A DNA stretch of 64,000 nucleotides from Eledone cirrhosa (Eukaryota): NCBI GenBank assembly GCA_964016885.1, contig OZ024740.1:310744001-310808000 (forward strand). Direction: 5' to 3'. Numbering within the stretch: position 1 is the first letter of the stretch; the number at the start of each line of letters is the position of its first letter. The notes under the pieces were generated by a model that was not told the origin of the DNA, did no database searches, and saw only the letters and a list, made by a program, of their open reading frames with translations. The position numbers and the translations under genes are program-made. Below, in pieces: positions 13,583-26,798 of the stretch.

Positions 13583-14184
13583 TTTTGTATGTAGGACATT
13601 GTGCGTTTATTTGTGTGGGTAATGTTCACAAAATGTGAGATGGTGGGAGAGATAATTAGAACTGTAAAACTTACACAATACCGAGCAGTAGAAACATTAG
13701 ATATGACAGAATGTACTACTGAACAGTCAGTTCGTATTAATCAAATTATTCTTATTGCTTATTAACGTTTCGGAAATTGAAATAAACTTCATGAAAGGAA
13801 CGTGTGTTTGTCTTTACCTGGTTAAACTAGTTTTTATTTAGTTGTGGGCAAACAATCAGAGAAAAGATCTACAATAATATGCTATCTGTAAATTATTTGC
13901 TGGTACTCGTCACATCGGAAAAAAAGAGGAATATGTGTAAACATCAAACAAGCACACCATGAAACCAGACAATATGAACATTTTTGTATTATTCATGCCA
14001 ACGTTTGTTCCGTTATGGGAAAAAATCCGCAATGCGGAATTAAAATATTGAAACGCTTATATGCAATAGCAAGTATAGACAATTGTTAATAATTATATCC
14101 CCTTTTAAATCACAGTTCGGTCGCTTAAATCATTATATATTTGCCAAAGCCATAGACGTGACAAAATTCCATCATTAACATTAA

Positions 14185-14258
<74 letters not shown>

Positions 14259-14325
14259 AAAGGTCAACAGAAATAACAACACAATCGGTACAGTATATGG
14301 AAGGGATATATTAGGTTAACGCTTG

Positions 14326-14359
14326 ATATAGCAGGAAGAGGGTCTTAACGTATCGGACG

Positions 14360-14446
<87 letters not shown>

Positions 14447-14515
14447 TGTATGTATGTATGTATATACATACATATATATAGCGTCCGAAACGTTAAGACC
14501 CTCTTCCTGCTATAT
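14326..14515. repeat. 36-bp inverted repeat around a (TA)n(TATG)n spacer
   Basis: ATATAGCAGGAAGAGGGTCTTAACGTATCGGACGC / GCGTCCGAAACGTTAAGACCCTCTTCCTGCTATAT. Confidence 0.85.
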
Positions 14516-14777
14516 GCGTATGTGTTGGTATGCATATATATGAAGCACACATACACACGCAGATAAATATATATGTGTGTTTGTGTGTGTGTATGGTTTG
14601 TGTGCGTGTATGTGTGTGTCTGTATAAAATAATATATTTATACATATATATAATTAAGGGCTCTTGTAATATACATTGTCTATACACGCATAAGATTATT
14701 ATAGAGGAAACAGTAGTGTAAATATAAACATGTTTTCTAATCCACGTAAAAAAGTATTTGTATCATTAATTGATAAT

Positions 14778-14963
14778 TATTTCTACTTTGGGCACAAGGC
14801 CAGCAATTTTTCCAGTACATTACTGGTACTTTAATTTATCGACCCCGTAAGGATGAAAGGCAAAGTTAACCTCGGCGGGATTTGAACTCAGACATTAAGG
14901 GCCGTAACTCTTTGCTGCAAAGCATGGCGTCAGACCCTCTACCGATACTGCCAATCCACCGCC
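14778..14963 (-). mobile_element. tRNA-derived SINE copy with 14-bp target-site duplication
   Basis: Family match; CATTAATTGATAAT at 14764-14777 and 14964-14977. Confidence 0.9.
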
Positions 14964-15125
14964 CATTAATTGATAATACTAATTATTTTTGATTTCTATG
15001 AATGCCAAATGATTTCTAGTCTTCCGGATCAACCCACTCATACTAGTTTTCAAACTCATAAAAAGATTTTAAGCCACCGTGTGTAAAACCAGTGACGAAA
15101 CCGGGTTGATATGCCCACACACACA

Positions 15126-15161
<36 letters not shown>

Positions 15162-15194
15162 CTTATATATATACATGCATATATATTTATACTT

Positions 15195-15232
<38 letters not shown>

Positions 15233-15294
15233 TTAGAAAGTGAGGTTTTTTTAACAAAATGAAAAGTAACCGAGGTGTCCTACACGAGTGAAAG

Positions 15295-15531
15295 TATAAA
15301 GAAAAATAGATGAAATCGAAAATGCAACTGGAGTCTTATATTTTTTTAAATATATATATATTTATTTGGTTTCTTCTGAGATGTGAGAAAAACCACAGAG
15401 CCTCCATCTCAACTCTACTTTTGAAAAGCAGAACTGCGAAACCGGTAAATGAACCAAATATATCTATATATATATTTAAAAAAAATAAGACTACAGTTGC
15501 ATTTTCGATTTCATCTTTTTTTCTTTATATA
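15295..15531. repeat. Fold-back (~65-bp arms) with HHR-like remnant in the spacer
   Basis: Arms 15295-15360 and 15465-15531; spacer has ATTTGGTT..CTGAGA...GCGAAACCGGTA..AACCAAAT. Confidence 0.6.
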
Positions 15532-15536
15532 TATAT

Positions 15537-15619
<83 letters not shown>

Positions 15620-15799
15620 AGTCTGTGTGTGTATATATATGTATGTTATCATGCAACACTGATTCTTTGTTCTTTAATTCTTATACTATTACACTCTGCT
15701 GTACGCGAGCATCGTGTGCTCACCCGGCATACCGCCTACGGATGCAATTCTCTTACACCTATACACCTATATACATATATATATATCTATATACATATA

Positions 15800-15851
<52 letters not shown>

Positions 15852-15853
15852 CA

Positions 15854-16805
15854 TATAGAAATCACATGAATCAAAGTTCTGTTCAAACCATTTATTAGCT
15901 TACAATTGTTTCGTCCAAACCGAGGTTGGATTCTTCGGAGCAATTTTTCAACGATTGTTTACATACATGACATCCTTTCCAACAGAAACATATGTATATA
16001 TCGATGCACAGTGGGGTGACATCCATTATAATATTTTAGCATGGCAATTTACATTCAAAAATTAAAATCATATTAAAACAAAATTAAAGTTAAAATACAA
16101 CATCGTTAATTATGTGAAGGACATATAATCTATATATTACGTTTCCTGGATTGTGAAAATGGTGGTGTATACAAAAGCCATAACATTATTTTGCTTCTCA
16201 TTTTTAATATTTCTCTGCACACAAGCTTCTTTATCATACATAAAAAATACTTTACCAATACAACCCCCATAATAATCTTGATTACCCGCTTAAAGTGCTT
16301 GTATTGCATATAACACCTTGCCGCACAATAATCTCATATAAATAAGACACACGTGCATGCCCCACGTGTAACTATTGCATAGACTAACTACTTCAAACTA
16401 TCCTCTTGCATTATCTTCGTAAACTGCCAATGTTGTATTTTAACTTTAATTTTGTTTTAATTTTCTTTTAATATGATTTAAATTTTTGAATGTAAATTGC
16501 CATGCTAAAATATTATAATGGATGTCACCCCACTGTGCATCGATATATACCTATGTTTCTGTATGTCTCTTGTGTTGGAAAGGAGGTCATGTATGTAAAC
16601 AATCATTGAAAAATTGCTCCGAAGACACCAAACCTCGGTTTGGACGAAACAATTGTAAGCTAATAAATGGTTTGAACAGAACTTTGATTCATGTGATTTC
16701 TATATAACTGCTCTGTAGAAAAACTGATGTTACTACATTGAGCTATTTATCTTACTGGTAATAAGGTAGTAATAAATTACTGTCTTTCACTGTTTAGGGT
16801 TTAAA
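15854..16805 (+). mobile_element. (TA)n-flanked fold-back element, HHR-like motif in each arm, 3' tail
   Basis: Arms ~15854-16110 and ~16432-16704; tail 16705-16805. Confidence 0.8.
16613..16663 (+). ncRNA. Type I HHR-like motif, U4C variant (mirror copy 15894-15944, minus)
   Basis: ATTGCT CCGAAGA c.CCA AACC tc GGTT TGG ac GAAA C AATT G TA^ AGCTAAT; palindromic stem III ACAATTGT. Confidence 0.55.
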
Positions 16806-16901
16806 ATATATATAACTATAAAAAGTTTTAGTATATACATAACCATAAATAGTATCCTTAATACTATATATACATATATACATATATACATTACATATTA
16901 C

Positions 16902-16956
<55 letters not shown>

Positions 16957-16977
16957 TATACATATATACATATATAT

Positions 16978-17012
<35 letters not shown>

Positions 17013-17025
17013 CATATATACATAT

Positions 17026-17074
<49 letters not shown>

Positions 17075-17077
<3 letters not shown>

Positions 17078-17499
17078 GAAAATGTTTACCCCGTAGTAGA
17101 CCACTTTCAGACCCTACCACGCCATATTCCGACTTCTACCTCCTTAGTAGAGCACTTCCCGACCCTACCACGCCGTATCCCGACTTTTCCACCCAGCTCT
17201 AGTTTCATTACACCCACCATGCGAAAAGACGCTACCGACTTCTCCACCAAGAACATCCCAGTTCCACCGAGAAAACTTTACCTTCGGATGCTCACGCAAA
17301 CACTCGACCTGTTTGCGAAAAGACTGAGATGGAGAACTTTTTTCTACGATAGATTCCGCGACAACCAGGACTTCGACATCAAGGAGAGATTCGGATTCAA
17401 AGGGGTTAAACTTTTTCCCATTACGCACTCTACTACCCTAAGTATTGAGTACTCTGGTGCGTCATGGTCCATCTGGTTCCTTACCACACTTACTTCGTT
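17075..17499 (+). mobile_element. Family A chimera: Naiad-type PLE ORF N-terminus joined to the family A tail
   Basis: ORF 17219 [18 protein letters not shown]...[11 protein letters not shown]...ERFGFK matches the PLE N-terminal motif S.KNIP.P...Y...KR.RW..FF...YGFK; ~19-bp inverted repeat 17074-17092 / 17402-17421. Confidence 0.75.
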
Positions 17500-17521
17500 A
17501 TATATATATATATAAATATAT

Positions 17522-17587
<66 letters not shown>

Positions 17588-17700
17588 AGAGAGAGAGAGA
17601 GAGGGAGAGAGAGAATTAGTATATCTACCAACATATGTATACAGATGTATACCCATGCTAGCAAATATATATATAATATGTCTTAGTACCTTTGTGGTTC

Positions 17701-18162
17701 TATGAAAGACGTAAAATAAGAAAATTTAAAAAATTTAAAAAATTAAAAATTAACTTACTAAAATGTTCACTCCAACTTGCCAAAATTTACTGCTATGGTT
17801 CATGGTAGTAGTTAGGCTCTTGTCATAATACCACCCCATTCCTCACTGATTAACCTATATATCACGTGATTGATTCTTTAGAATTTGCCACTGACCAAGT
17901 AGGCAGTGAAATTTTTCAGTGCCCTGGAATTTAGTCCCCACTAGCTTTATTCCATCCACTGAATTATTATTTTTATATGGGTTCCTAGTGTCCGCGCATT
18001 GCCTGGGAACTTAGCTGAGAATAGACTCCCTGATGACGTAAGGACTTCTCTATAGTTGCATTGCGTAACTATATTTACTCCCTTACAGAAACTAATTAGT
18101 TGGAGTGAAAATTTTAGTAAGTAAGTTAATTTTTAATTTTTAAAATTTTCTTATTTTACGTC

Positions 18163-18168
<6 letters not shown>
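17701..18168 (+). mobile_element. Fold-back element with an intact-core HHR
   Basis: Arms 17701-17777 and 18098-18168. Confidence 0.75.
18025..18106 (+). ncRNA. Type I hammerhead ribozyme with extended stem II
   Basis: ACTCC CTGATGA c GTAAGG...TATAGTTGC..GTAACTATA...CCTTAC a GAAA CTAA TTAG TT^ GGAGT; palindromic stem III. Confidence 0.8.
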
Positions 18169-18214
<46 letters not shown>

Positions 18215-18218
<4 letters not shown>

Positions 18219-18620
18219 AAAGGATAACGAGGACGATTGGTTACTCCTCCTTTACATTTATTGGTAGGTGACGCGCGTTTCGCCCCTGATCAGTTCAAGG
18301 TTCGATCTGTATCGATCTTACCCAACCCAATAATCGGCAGCTCAACGGACGCTTTAAAATGGTATATTTTCTCATACCATTTTAAAGGGTCCGTCGAGCT
18401 GCCGATTATTGAGTCGGGTAAGATCGATACAGATCGAACCTTGAGCTGATCAGTGGCGAAACGCGCGTCACCTACCAATAAATGTAATGAAGGAGTAACC
18501 AATTGTCCTTGTTAACCTTTCAATATATTACACTCTGTATAGCTCTATACCTCAACACAGAAGTGAACCTAAACATCGAGTGCTCACCCGAGTGAACCTG
18601 CAGTAACTCCAAGTTACACT

Positions 18621-18623
<3 letters not shown>
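18215..18623 (+). mobile_element. Near-perfect 310-bp palindrome plus tail, containing an HHR 3' half
   Basis: Arms 18215-18365 and 18374-18525; GGCGAAACGCGCGTC^ACC is a typical PLE HHR stem III; tail 18527-18623; (TA)n on both sides. Confidence 0.8.
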
Positions 18624-18654
<31 letters not shown>

Positions 18655-19789
18655 GAGTGTGTGGCTGAGCGTTTGTGTATGTATCCGTAGTGATCGACTA
18701 AACTCTTGAAGGCAATGAATGACCAAGCATGGGCGTTCATGAATGAATAACACTCCTAAGATAGCTAAATAATATCCAGGTAGCATGTTTTTAAATATTA
18801 TTTGCTTGACTAAGTCTATATTTTAAGCCAAATAATCTAAATAAGTACTTTATTCTCTAGAGACAGTAAATATACTTTCGCTTATTTACTGTTTTTGTTT
18901 ACCAGTTTATACCCTGCTAAAATATTACAATGAATATGAAAAGAATTTTTTTTTTTTAATCTAATCCACGTCCATGGTATTATCTAATAACTGTTAATTG
19001 CATTATTCCATTCCTTCCGTATTATGTGCAATGAAACTGAACTTTAATTTCATGCTTAAAGGCATTTGTTAATGATACGTTTTGAGATGCGAAAAGGGTT
19101 ATAAAAACGATAAACTGTTAATGCTAACGAGGTGAAACCTGTTTATTTTTTGTTTTTCTTTTTGTGTTCTTCGTATTTTGACTGTTAACGCAATTTAGCT
19201 TTCAAGGAGAACTATCATGTCTTCAATGATCATAGAATTAATAAATTAACATTTGACATCGCAATTTTGATGTAATGATTAAATTTGATTTTTAAAAAAT
19301 GATTTATAGCAAATAGATTCTATTGATGCAGTTAGTTTATTATTTGAACTGCCAACCATAGAAATGAAATAAATTAGCTTTAATAAATCTTCTTGCCACA
19401 CCATTTGGTATGCGTTTTTAAATTACTCTTTTCTTCGTATAATGGTTAAGATTATATTTTTTTTAATATACCCCCCAACTCTGAGAAAGAATATACATTG
19501 AATGAGTTAACTGAAACTCAAAACATGTTAATTAATATAACTGAGCATTAAGTGCAATTTTAGATGTTATTTATAGAGTAATAATTCACTGGATATCATA
19601 CGTAGTTTCGGTTTCTTGTATGAAATTATACATATATTATTATATGAATTAAATATCATAGACATACTTTTAAAATACAATGTCCCTGAATAATTAGTAG
19701 ATAATATAAGCAAATAGTATGGTTCAAAATAAACTAAATTAGATATATTGACAAAATAATTAGTAGCGTGGCATGCTGTGAGGATATCT

Positions 19790-20500
19790 TTCAAAATATT
19801 CCTGCAAATCCTGTTCTTCTCACAAATGACGAAACTCATCTTCTGGCTGTGTCAAGAAGCAGAATCTTCGTGATTGGGTGGAAACCAATCCAAGACAGTT
19901 TTAGAAAAGGCCTCTACAGCGCGAACGAGTGATTGTGTAGTGCGCAGTTACAAAATTTTATGTTTGAGGCGCTAGCTTTTTTGAGGGTGGAGACAAAGCA
20001 TTAATAGAAACATCAGATCTGTATGTGCGATGCAGTGGAACTTTCTAGATCCCAAACTCACAGAGCTTAGGAATCTAGATATGTGCTTTCAACAGGATGG
20101 AACCATCGTACATACAGTAAGAAGATCAATGGATCGTTGAGAGGGATATTTCCATGACACCTGAATTTCCTGACTTGGTGGCGTTGGATGGCCTGGACGC
20201 TCACCCCCTTTGATGATTTTCGCTAGGGTTACGTGAAAGCTGAGTCCTACAAACAAAGACAGCAACCATAGATGATTTGAAGGCGGCTTTACGCTAAACA
20301 GTGGCAGAAATACTACCGGAAATGATACAACAGTATATCGCGAATAGAGGCCACTATTTGGAGGATGTCATTTTCAAAACCAAATAAAAACAAACTGCAT
20401 TTCTTCTTTTAACGATAATAGAATACGTTTCTTAATAGCAGTTACCTTGGTCTTTTTGTTAACCCTTAAAGTATGGAAAGCATTTTTGCCGCTACCTGTA
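19790..20500 (+). mobile_element. Decayed Tc1/mariner-superfamily transposase remnant
   Basis: Translated fragments TNDETH..KKQNLR, FQQDGT..HT, WPGRSP, GYVK; ends ...ACCTG-TA. Confidence 0.7.
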
Positions 20501-21080
20501 TATATAATAACAATTCATTAATTTTGTATTTGTCAGTTTGTCGAATTAACGTGCGATTTCTCGGATTCATTTAGTTATAAACCTATTTGTTCGAACTTTT
20601 CAAGTAAAACATAAACGCCGGTAGAATCTACTACAATTTACGTATCGTCAGGGAGGGCATGTAATCCCTCCACTGTCCGGTCTGTTTCTGTCCAGTTTGA
20701 TCATGTCCAGTGTGATTCAGTTGCTGTTATTTTTCTCAAGCAATGTATGTCTTTCATCAGCGCAGGTTATTCTTTGTTTTCAGACGCACTTAGTCTCAGA
20801 CTGCGTTATGCAATATGTCCTTCCTTTTTTAAAAGATGGTAGGATGTAGGTTGTGTGATTTCACTGCTATTTCTAGGAGATAAAATGAAATTGACGATAC
20901 TCATTCATTAGTTCTGTACTTATGTATATTCAGTCTGTAATGTTAATCCCTCCATTGTCATAGGATTCTTAACACCATTAGTGAATCTACTGAATTAGTC
21001 CTTTGTGGAATGTGAGCATTCATTGAATTTCGCATGCAAATCATTATATTGGGCTGCTAAATATTTTATATTGTTTAGAT

Positions 21081-21451
21081 GAGAGGTTCTCAAACTTTTG
21101 GGGACACCACCACCACCCCGACCCACCCACCCTTACGGCCACGTAATAGCTCACCGCTCCTACCCCTATTTCCAGAGAGACCTGCCTACACTCAAATTGT
21201 AAATCATATATAATAAATAAAATCACTAGTTTATATATAATAGATAATATAATATATACTATGTATAAATAAATATATATTTTTTATTTTACTATATTAT
21301 CATAAAATATGTATCATTTGATATATGATACTATAATAAAATTATAAATAATGGATTCATACTGCATCCCACCACCTTCTTAGGCCCCAGCGACCCCCTA
21401 GACCTCCGCAATGCTCTCCGGGGGCGGTAGCGCCCAGTTTGAGAACCTCTG
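21081..21451. mobile_element. hAT (Buster/Charlie-like) MITE
   Basis: TIRs (G)AGAGGTTCTCAAACT / AGTTTGAGAACCTCTG; 8-bp flanks GTTTAGAT / ATTTGGAT. Confidence 0.7.
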
Positions 21452-22438
21452 ATTTGGATATTTAGTGGTTGGCTATGATTATGAGCACAATTTTTAAACT
21501 TTCAAACGATGTATACAAGTTTTGGTTTCATAGATTTCAATTATACAAAGCATTTTCTATTCAGTTTCGCTTGAACAATTCTTAGAGTAACTATTTGAAG
21601 GCAACACTATATTCTTCATTAAATAAACTACGCCTATTTTCAACACCAATTAAATTAAAACAACTATAAACTATTGAGCAATACATGCAAAACGGGAACA
21701 TATGATATATTGAACATGAGAAACCATAATCCTGATAATAGTATTATCATGGCCTAAGTCATAAAAACGTAATAGGACACGGCTCTAGTTGTGTACATTA
21801 GAAATAGATGAGTTACTATTTGTAAAGGACAGAAATTCGGAGGTTATATTTTCTTGAGAAAAAACGTATTTCAAAACCATAGACTTTTCAAACAGGTAAA
21901 ATACCTGGTTGCTTATATATATATATATAAGAAAAATGGAGTGCTGCGTGGTTGCACATGGGTTACATATGAATAAAATTAGTCCTTCATCAGTGATCTC
22001 CCAACCTTCATTGGTATTTCATCGCTTTAGAAATCATATCCCTCTGGTTGGTACGAGCAATAACTAAATAAAGTTATTGGGGCGAGTAAAATAGGGTGAA
22101 GCGAGCGAGACATATAAACAAACAAATATGGTATTGCAACGGAAAAATAGGAAGAGACAAGTACATGATATCTATAAGCTTTAAGCTTGGTGAAATCATC
22201 GACGAGAGATACAGACCATCCGACCTGGGTGAGATGTGAGCGAGAAAAGGATTTCACACAGGTCAAACGGGAGGAAGTGAGAGAGGGGAGAAGCAGAGAG
22301 TGAGTGAGTGGAAGTGTGAGGAAGAGGCCAGCTGAGAGAGAGTGTGACTGGCAGAGGGGGGTAAAAAGAAGGTGAGAGATACAGAGAGAAAGAGGGGAAG
22401 CAGTAAAAAATAAACAGACAGGTCGCAGCTGAGGAAAA

Positions 22439-22494
<56 letters not shown>

Positions 22495-22498
<4 letters not shown>

Positions 22499-23535
22499 GA
22501 AAGGATTACAAAGGAGAATATATACTGTCAGAACATGTTTATATATAAGCACCTACGTATGTTTCGCCCGAAAAGGGCTTCTCAAGGGCATAGAAAACTA
22601 CAGAGTGTTCGGTACAGGACCCAGAAGGGGTTTTAAAGTGATACATACATCAAAGTTCATTCTTAGTTCAAACATGTACGTTGTTATTGACACAGAGCAA
22701 GGGAAGTATCTGTGGCCGGTGTTTGAATAATTGTCCCCAAAGGGCTTATTGCCCGTTCACATGACGGTGGTTTTCCATTACTAATTTGTGGGTGCTACTT
22801 TACTATTGTCAATTCAGGCAGCGAGCTCTGCATCATGGAACTTTACTATATCATAAGAGCACCCCTCGAGCTCATCAACAGCAGAGCAGAATCGGTGATA
22901 AACTGCAGACAGAGGATACAGCAGTCTTTCTTCGGGGGGGAAGTAACAGAGACCTGAAAACCATAAACCGGGTCCCCCTGCACCAAACCATAACACTCAG
23001 GTGGGTAGGCTGCGCAAATAAACATCTGTGCACCAACTATACATCTCAGACCCTGCCTGAATTGATAATAGAAAAGTAGCACCCACAAATTAGTAATGGA
23101 AAACCACTATCATGTGAATGGGCAATAAGCCCTTCGGGGACAATTATTCAAACACCGGCCAGAGTTACTCCCCTTGCTCTGTGTCAATAACAACTTATAT
23201 GTTTTGAACTAAGAATGAACTTTGATGTATGTATCACTTTAAAATCCCTTCTGGGTCCTGTACCGAACACTCTGTAGTTTTCTATGCCCTTGAGGAACCC
23301 TTTTCGGGCGAAACGTACGTAGGTGCTTTTATATAAACATGTTCTGACAGTATATATTCTCCTTTGTAATCCTTACATTTGTAACCGCGCTGCTTATCTT
23401 CTCGCCCGCTAACTATTAACGCTTCCAATGTTTAACCCTGTAGGCACAAGTATTGAGCACAAACGCACAACATTTTGGCAACTAACTATATGTATTGCTT
23501 ATCCCTTTAAACCTCTTCTTCTCTCTCACGATACT
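22495..23535 (+). mobile_element. (TA)n-flanked fold-back element with HHR-like motifs and tail
   Basis: Arms 22495-22821 and 23053-23380; tail 23381-23535. Confidence 0.8.
23286..23326 (+). ncRNA. Minimal HHR-like motif, C3U variant (mirror copy ~22549-22590)
   Basis: GCCC TTGAGGA (G/A)CCC ttttc GGGC GAAA CGTACG TA^ GGTGC; palindromic stem III. Confidence 0.55.
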
Positions 23536-23542
23536 TAAATAT

Positions 23543-23631
<89 letters not shown>

Positions 23632-23688
23632 ATATTATATATTATGGAATACTGTTGGCTTTTTGCTACAATGTTTTCTATACCTTTC

Positions 23689-23958
<270 letters not shown>

Positions 23959-23959
<1 letters not shown>

Positions 23960-24958
23960 TTTCGTTGACAAGTATATCAATTGCACAGACACGCAGATAT
24001 ATTTCCCTTGGTATGACAGTGTGGTTTTAGCTCAATGTAGGATAACTAGTATACTACAGAGCCCTTATAAGTTTAGGTATAACCAAAGAGTGCTTAGAAA
24101 TACATTGTTTTATTCGCTAACAGGGTTTCATCCATACCCTATGGCAGGAATCATCAGAGCTTATAAACAAAAATGTATAACAGGTCCGCAATATCTGCTA
24201 TCTACGGACCAGTTTTATTTTCACTTTCTTCACAGGAGTGACGGCAGTACATGCACTCTACTTTACTTCACCTCATTGTACTTTACTTTATTTTAGATTT
24301 AGGGTGTTTATTGCACACTGACTATGTGGAGAAATCCTCTGGGTATATGTTTTGGAAACATAGTATTATATCGCCTAACGCTTGGAACTGGAACCAATGG
24401 ATGGAAGGTGTTGGTATTATATGGAGAAATCAACCTGTTACAAAGCGATATAAGGAGAGTCCACCATCCTTCCTATAGACAATCCTACATGTAAAGCTGC
24501 ACCACAGCTAATCAACTTTTCTTTTCACTGACTCATGCTTGCAAGCTTTCATACTCTGCTTGTACATCATGTATTTGCACTGTTTGGGAATTGATATGTC
24601 TATGCTTTGTTTTGTTTTTGTTGTTTTTTTATCATGCTGAGTAACACCCACACTCATTTATTGCTATCCTCTCTCAACCTCCTTATGATCTATTGCACCA
24701 TTTATGTGATAAAATTTTGATGTAATTTTTTATGACAATATATGCGTAATGTATTGTGTGTTTTTCTAAATAGCGCTGGCCTTGCCCCCCTACTTGTCCT
24801 TTATACTTGTTCTAGTGACTGAGCTCGATGGAGCCTGCAACCTTTGATATATTTCTGTTTATAAGCTCTGATGATTCCTGCCATAGGGTATGGATGAAAC
24901 ACTGTTAGCAAATAAAACAATCTATTTCTAAGCACTCTTTGGTTATTCCTAAAATTAT
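23959..24958 (-). mobile_element. Fold-back element with an HHR in both arms, tail on the left
   Basis: Arms 24066-24180 and 24848-24958; tail 23959-24065. Confidence 0.8.
24865..24909 (+). ncRNA. Minimal type I hammerhead ribozyme (mirror copy 24116-24160, minus)
   Basis: GCT CTGATGA t TCC TGCC atag GGTA t GGA t GAAA CA c TG TT^ AGC. Confidence 0.7.
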
Positions 24959-25064
24959 ATATATATATATATATATTTGATGATGATGGCTGCCTCCTCA
25001 TTATCGAGTATGGCCATGATATACATATATAAATAAATACATATATATATATATATATATTTAT

Positions 25065-25096
<32 letters not shown>

Positions 25097-25114
25097 TTAT
25101 ATATATATATACAT

Positions 25115-25295
25115 GTTGTAAGGTTGCTTGGATGGCTCCATAGGCGGTATGCCGGTTGAGCACTCTATGTTCCTTCGGAGCAGAGTATAATAATATGGAA
25201 AACGAAGAATCGCACCTGGAGCTGTTCGCTGGAGAAACAATAGTAATACGTAATGAACTATGTTCCTATGCTTCACTGATTCGTCGTTTTCCATA
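25115..25295 (-). mobile_element. Family B mini fold-back, internally deleted
   Basis: Shares tail and arm sequence with 50635-50910 and 54271-54316. Confidence 0.75.
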
Positions 25296-26216
25296 AATAT
25301 ATATATATATATATATAAGTATTGAAATTTCCGTTGAAAACAGAAAAGGTCATAGAAGTGAAGAGTATTATATGTAAGTACCAGAGCAAAATTTAATGTA
25401 TAAAAATCAATACAATATAATTACCTCATTACCAGAGGTTTCCCGAATGAGGCGAATACGAAAGAAACGTCTTCATTCGTTCGTCAGACGAGGCAATATA
25501 AAACATGGGTAAATACTTGGAAAGTCTCATCAAGAAAAGCAAAAAAAATAGACAAATGAATTACAATATGAAATATATAAAGATTTTCAAGAAATATAGT
25601 TAGGTGTGTGTATATGTATGTATATACGCTCACAGATGTGCATATATGTGTATGCACAAATGTATACGTATAGTGAAAAAGTGTGCGTAAATATATATTT
25701 TAGGGCAAATGTATCTGTGTATCTGTAAATTACAGACAGAATAGATACATCATAAGAATATGAAGGCACGCGCATAAACACACCTACACACACGTACACT
25801 TGTATGCGGAAGTAAAAGAGGTAACGGAGTGTAATAATTAAAGGAAAGTATCAATCTCGATATATTTATAAAAATGGAACAATAATTTAGAAAGAAAAAA
25901 TTAAAGAAAAGAAGACAAACAAGGTACACGCATACACACACACGTATATCTCACAAAAGAAACACAACAATGTACATGCTTATATACACACGCACACTTA
26001 CACATCCATACATTCTATACGTACACATACACACACACACACGCACACACACACACACAAACACACACAAACATACTTACACTCACGCATATCGACCTGT
26101 TTGCATGCATACGCATAAGAATGATGATGTAAAACAAAAAGGGAAGAAGAAAAAAAAAAAGAAAAAAACCTTGATGTAAAAATACGGATATAAAGACACA
26201 TACACATACACATACA

Positions 26217-26293
<77 letters not shown>

Positions 26294-26798
26294 GCACGCG
26301 CGCGCACATACGTAGGCGCTCGTGTACATATATAGAAAGTATACACACATTAAGGCGTTCAGACACATAGATACAGGGTGTAACAAACTTGTGGATAAGT
26401 AAGTACAAATATAAAATTATAAGATTGGCTGTGGAAAAATAAAAAATAAAAAATAAAAATAAAAATAACAAATAAAAATTAAAAAATATCTGGAGTGGAA
26501 ACCGCAAGTGACCTCTGTAATCAGTTATTGAAGAAAATAGGGAAGTAAAAAATGGAAAGTGAAGATATTAGGTAAGTGAATCGGAGAATAAAGGGGGGGG
26601 GTTATTGGTGGATGTGAAGTAAAAATAAAAATATATATTGGTTGTGTAAATTATTGTTAACTTCATATAGGTTTTTAGTTTTATCGGAGAAGATGAACTT
26701 ATTATTAGAAGATTTGAATGTTGAAATATCATTAGATAGTTTAGATTAACCTAATCAACAATATCAATTTTCGTAAGTACTCTAACCCTTTTCAATTT

